The translations under genes were made by a program, and so were the position numbers. From Bilabrum cf. latius (lineage: Eukaryota), in contig OZ237735.1 in the NCBI GenBank assembly GCA_965178125.1, positions 744,001 through 808,000 on the forward strand: a DNA stretch of 64,000 nucleotides, given 5' to 3'. Numbering within the stretch: the stretch's first letter is position 1; each line of letters starts with the position of its first letter. Positions 62,207-64,000 of the stretch are shown in pieces. The notes under the pieces were generated by a model. It made no database searches and had not been told where the DNA came from. It was given only the letters and a program-made list of their open reading frames with translations.

Positions 62207-64000
62207 ATGGCGTCTGCCATCGCTGCATTTTTCGGCGGGGGAAAGAAGGGGGTCGGGTCTGACTCCAAGTACTTCTCTGCCAAGCGCAGTGAGTGCACTA
62301 ATCCAGAACCTTGAACGTGCGTCGGAACGCGACCACAGCACATTCCTGTTCTATTGCTGGTCTCAATCTGAATCGCAGGCGATCGAGAAATCGAAGAGCT
62401 CTCTAAGGAATTGATCTCTCCTAAGATCGATGAGATGAAGGAGGCGATCAAGAAGGTTATTGCGAATATCACTGTCGGCAAGGACATGTCGCCGTTGCTG
62501 CCCCAGCTTGTGAACTGCTTGCGCACCGGTGAGATTTATTTCTGCAAAGCTACACTGTATGGCCCGTGCATGCTCTCATGAACCTGTCTGAAGTCACGTC
62601 CTGCCTGACCGGATCGCAGACAATCTTGAGGCGAAAAAGCTGGTCTACCTGTACCTGATCAACTACGCAAAGACGAATCCGGAAATGACAATGATGGCAG
62701 CAAACGCGTTCGTGAAGGACACGCGCAACCCGAATCCGATGCTTCGAGCTCTCGCTTTGCGAACTATGGGAGCCATTCGCGTCGACAAGATCACGGAACA
62801 GCTGTGCACCCCACTTAAGCACGCGCTAACGAAAGAGACAGTGAGTCTAATTTCTAACTGCTGCGTGCCTTGTTGCCGGAATACTCGCGCGAAGCCATGC
62901 TCTGTACCACCTCAAAATCTGGCTACTGGGTTGCCGCCGTTTCGCCGCAGGACCCGTACGTCCGCAAGACCGCGGCCATCTGCGTGGCGAAGCTCTTTGA
63001 TACCAACCCCGAGCTCGCGCATGACCAAGGTTTCATCATCGACCTGAACAACCTCATCTCGGACCCCAACCCGACCGTGGTGGCCAACGCCGTGGCTGCC
63101 CTGGCCGAGATCCAGGAAGGCTCCAAGGACGACGTGTTCGTGATCAACACTGCCGCGCTCACCAAGCTTACCACCGCTCTGAACGAATGCAACGAGTGGG
63201 GATAGGTCTTCATCCTGGATGCCCTGGCTAGGTACGAGCCGGCCAGCGAGCGCGAGGCCGAATCGATCATCGACAGAGTGCTCCCTCGGCTCAAGCACGC
63301 CAACGCCGCCGTTGTCCTCTCCGCTGTCAAGATCGTCCTGCTCATGCTGGACCGGATCACGTCCCCGGACACGGTGACGGGCTACCTTAAGAAACTCTCC
63401 CCTCCCCTGGTGACACTTGCCCAGGCTCCCCAGCACGAGATCCAGTACGTGGCTCTGCGGAACATCTCGCTCGTGGTGCAGAAGCGGCCAGGCCTCCTCG
63501 CCAGCAAGGTCAATGTGTTCTTCTGCAAGTACAACGACCCCATCTACGTGAAGCTCGAGAAGCTCGAGCTGCTCGTGCGGCTGGTCACCGACAAGACGAT
63601 CGACGCGGTGCTCCGCGAGCTCAGGCAGTATGCCCAGGAGGTCGACGTCGAGTACGTCCGCAGGGCCGTCCGAACCGTGGGTCGGTGCGCCATTAAGCTA
63701 GAGAAGCAGGCGGAGAAGTGCATCATGGTGATGCTGCAGCTGCTAAAGACGAAGGTATCCTACGTCGTGCAGGAAGCCGTGGTTGTCACAAAGGACATAT
63801 TCCGAAGGTATCCCAACCGGTACGAGAGCGTGATTGCAGTGATGTGCAAGGCACTCGACAATCTGGACGAGCCTGAGGCCAAGGCCTCCCTGGTGTGGAT
63901 CGTGGGTGAGTACGCGGACCGCGTGGTGAACGCCGCGCAGCTGCTGGAGCTCTTCCTGAAGGGTTTCAAGGACGAGACCGCGCAGGTGCAGCTGGCCCTG
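62207..64000 (+). CDS. AP-1/AP-2 complex beta-adaptin, 3' truncated by the window; introns 62289-62378, 62529-62619, 62841-62950
   Basis: [59 protein letters not shown][TAG][23 protein letters not shown] and YVVQEAVVV. Three GTGAG...CGCAG introns are phase-consistent. Confidence 0.95.

Noticed and set aside
104-64000. Cluster of pseudogenes or sequencing errors causing premature stops
   Set aside because: Decay or error would also give TAA, TGA and frameshifts. Only TAG occurs, across unrelated housekeeping genes with intact motifs.
104-64000. C->T hypermutation (RIP-like), or A-to-I editing of UAG to UGG
   Set aside because: C->T would also turn CAA into TAA and CGA into TGA, which is not seen. 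A-to-I editing would give Trp, but the beta-adaptin site requires Gln. U-to-C editing is not formally excluded without RNA data.
104-64000. Each internal TAG being the acceptor of a tiny intron
   Set aside because: Most internal TAGs have no GT donor in suitable phase nearby and the flanking codons belong to continuous motifs. The real introns here are ~80-125 bp with clear GTRAG donors.

Overview
This is gene-dense eukaryotic nuclear DNA from a flagellated protist. A stramenopile is my inference, not something the window establishes. The window holds 15 protein-coding genes with short intergenic spacers and about a dozen ~80-125 bp GT-AG introns. The ORF track looks fragmented only because it treats TAG as a stop. 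In every gene the fragments lie in one frame and are separated only by TAG, never by TAA or TGA. All 14 complete genes end at TGA, and one TAG sits at the Gln of the beta-adaptin 'EWGQVFILD' motif. The organism therefore appears to use a variant nuclear code with UAG = Gln, UGA as the working stop, and UAA not used as sense, which is a rare split of UAG from UAA. Read this way, the genes in order are: an EF-hand/WD40 giant protein, EMC8/9, a RAD51 paralog, acyl-CoA oxidase, a kinesin, CFAP61, an EF-hand EML5/6-like protein, a secreted orphan, DPH7, a hypothetical protein, a ferlin, a SAM/EF-hand/Tudor protein, a mitochondrial-type orphan, NDUFB3 and AP-1/2 beta-adaptin (truncated). I found no tRNA, rRNA, mobile element or CRISPR array. 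Gene models, intron calls and TAG counts were made by hand and no database searches were run.
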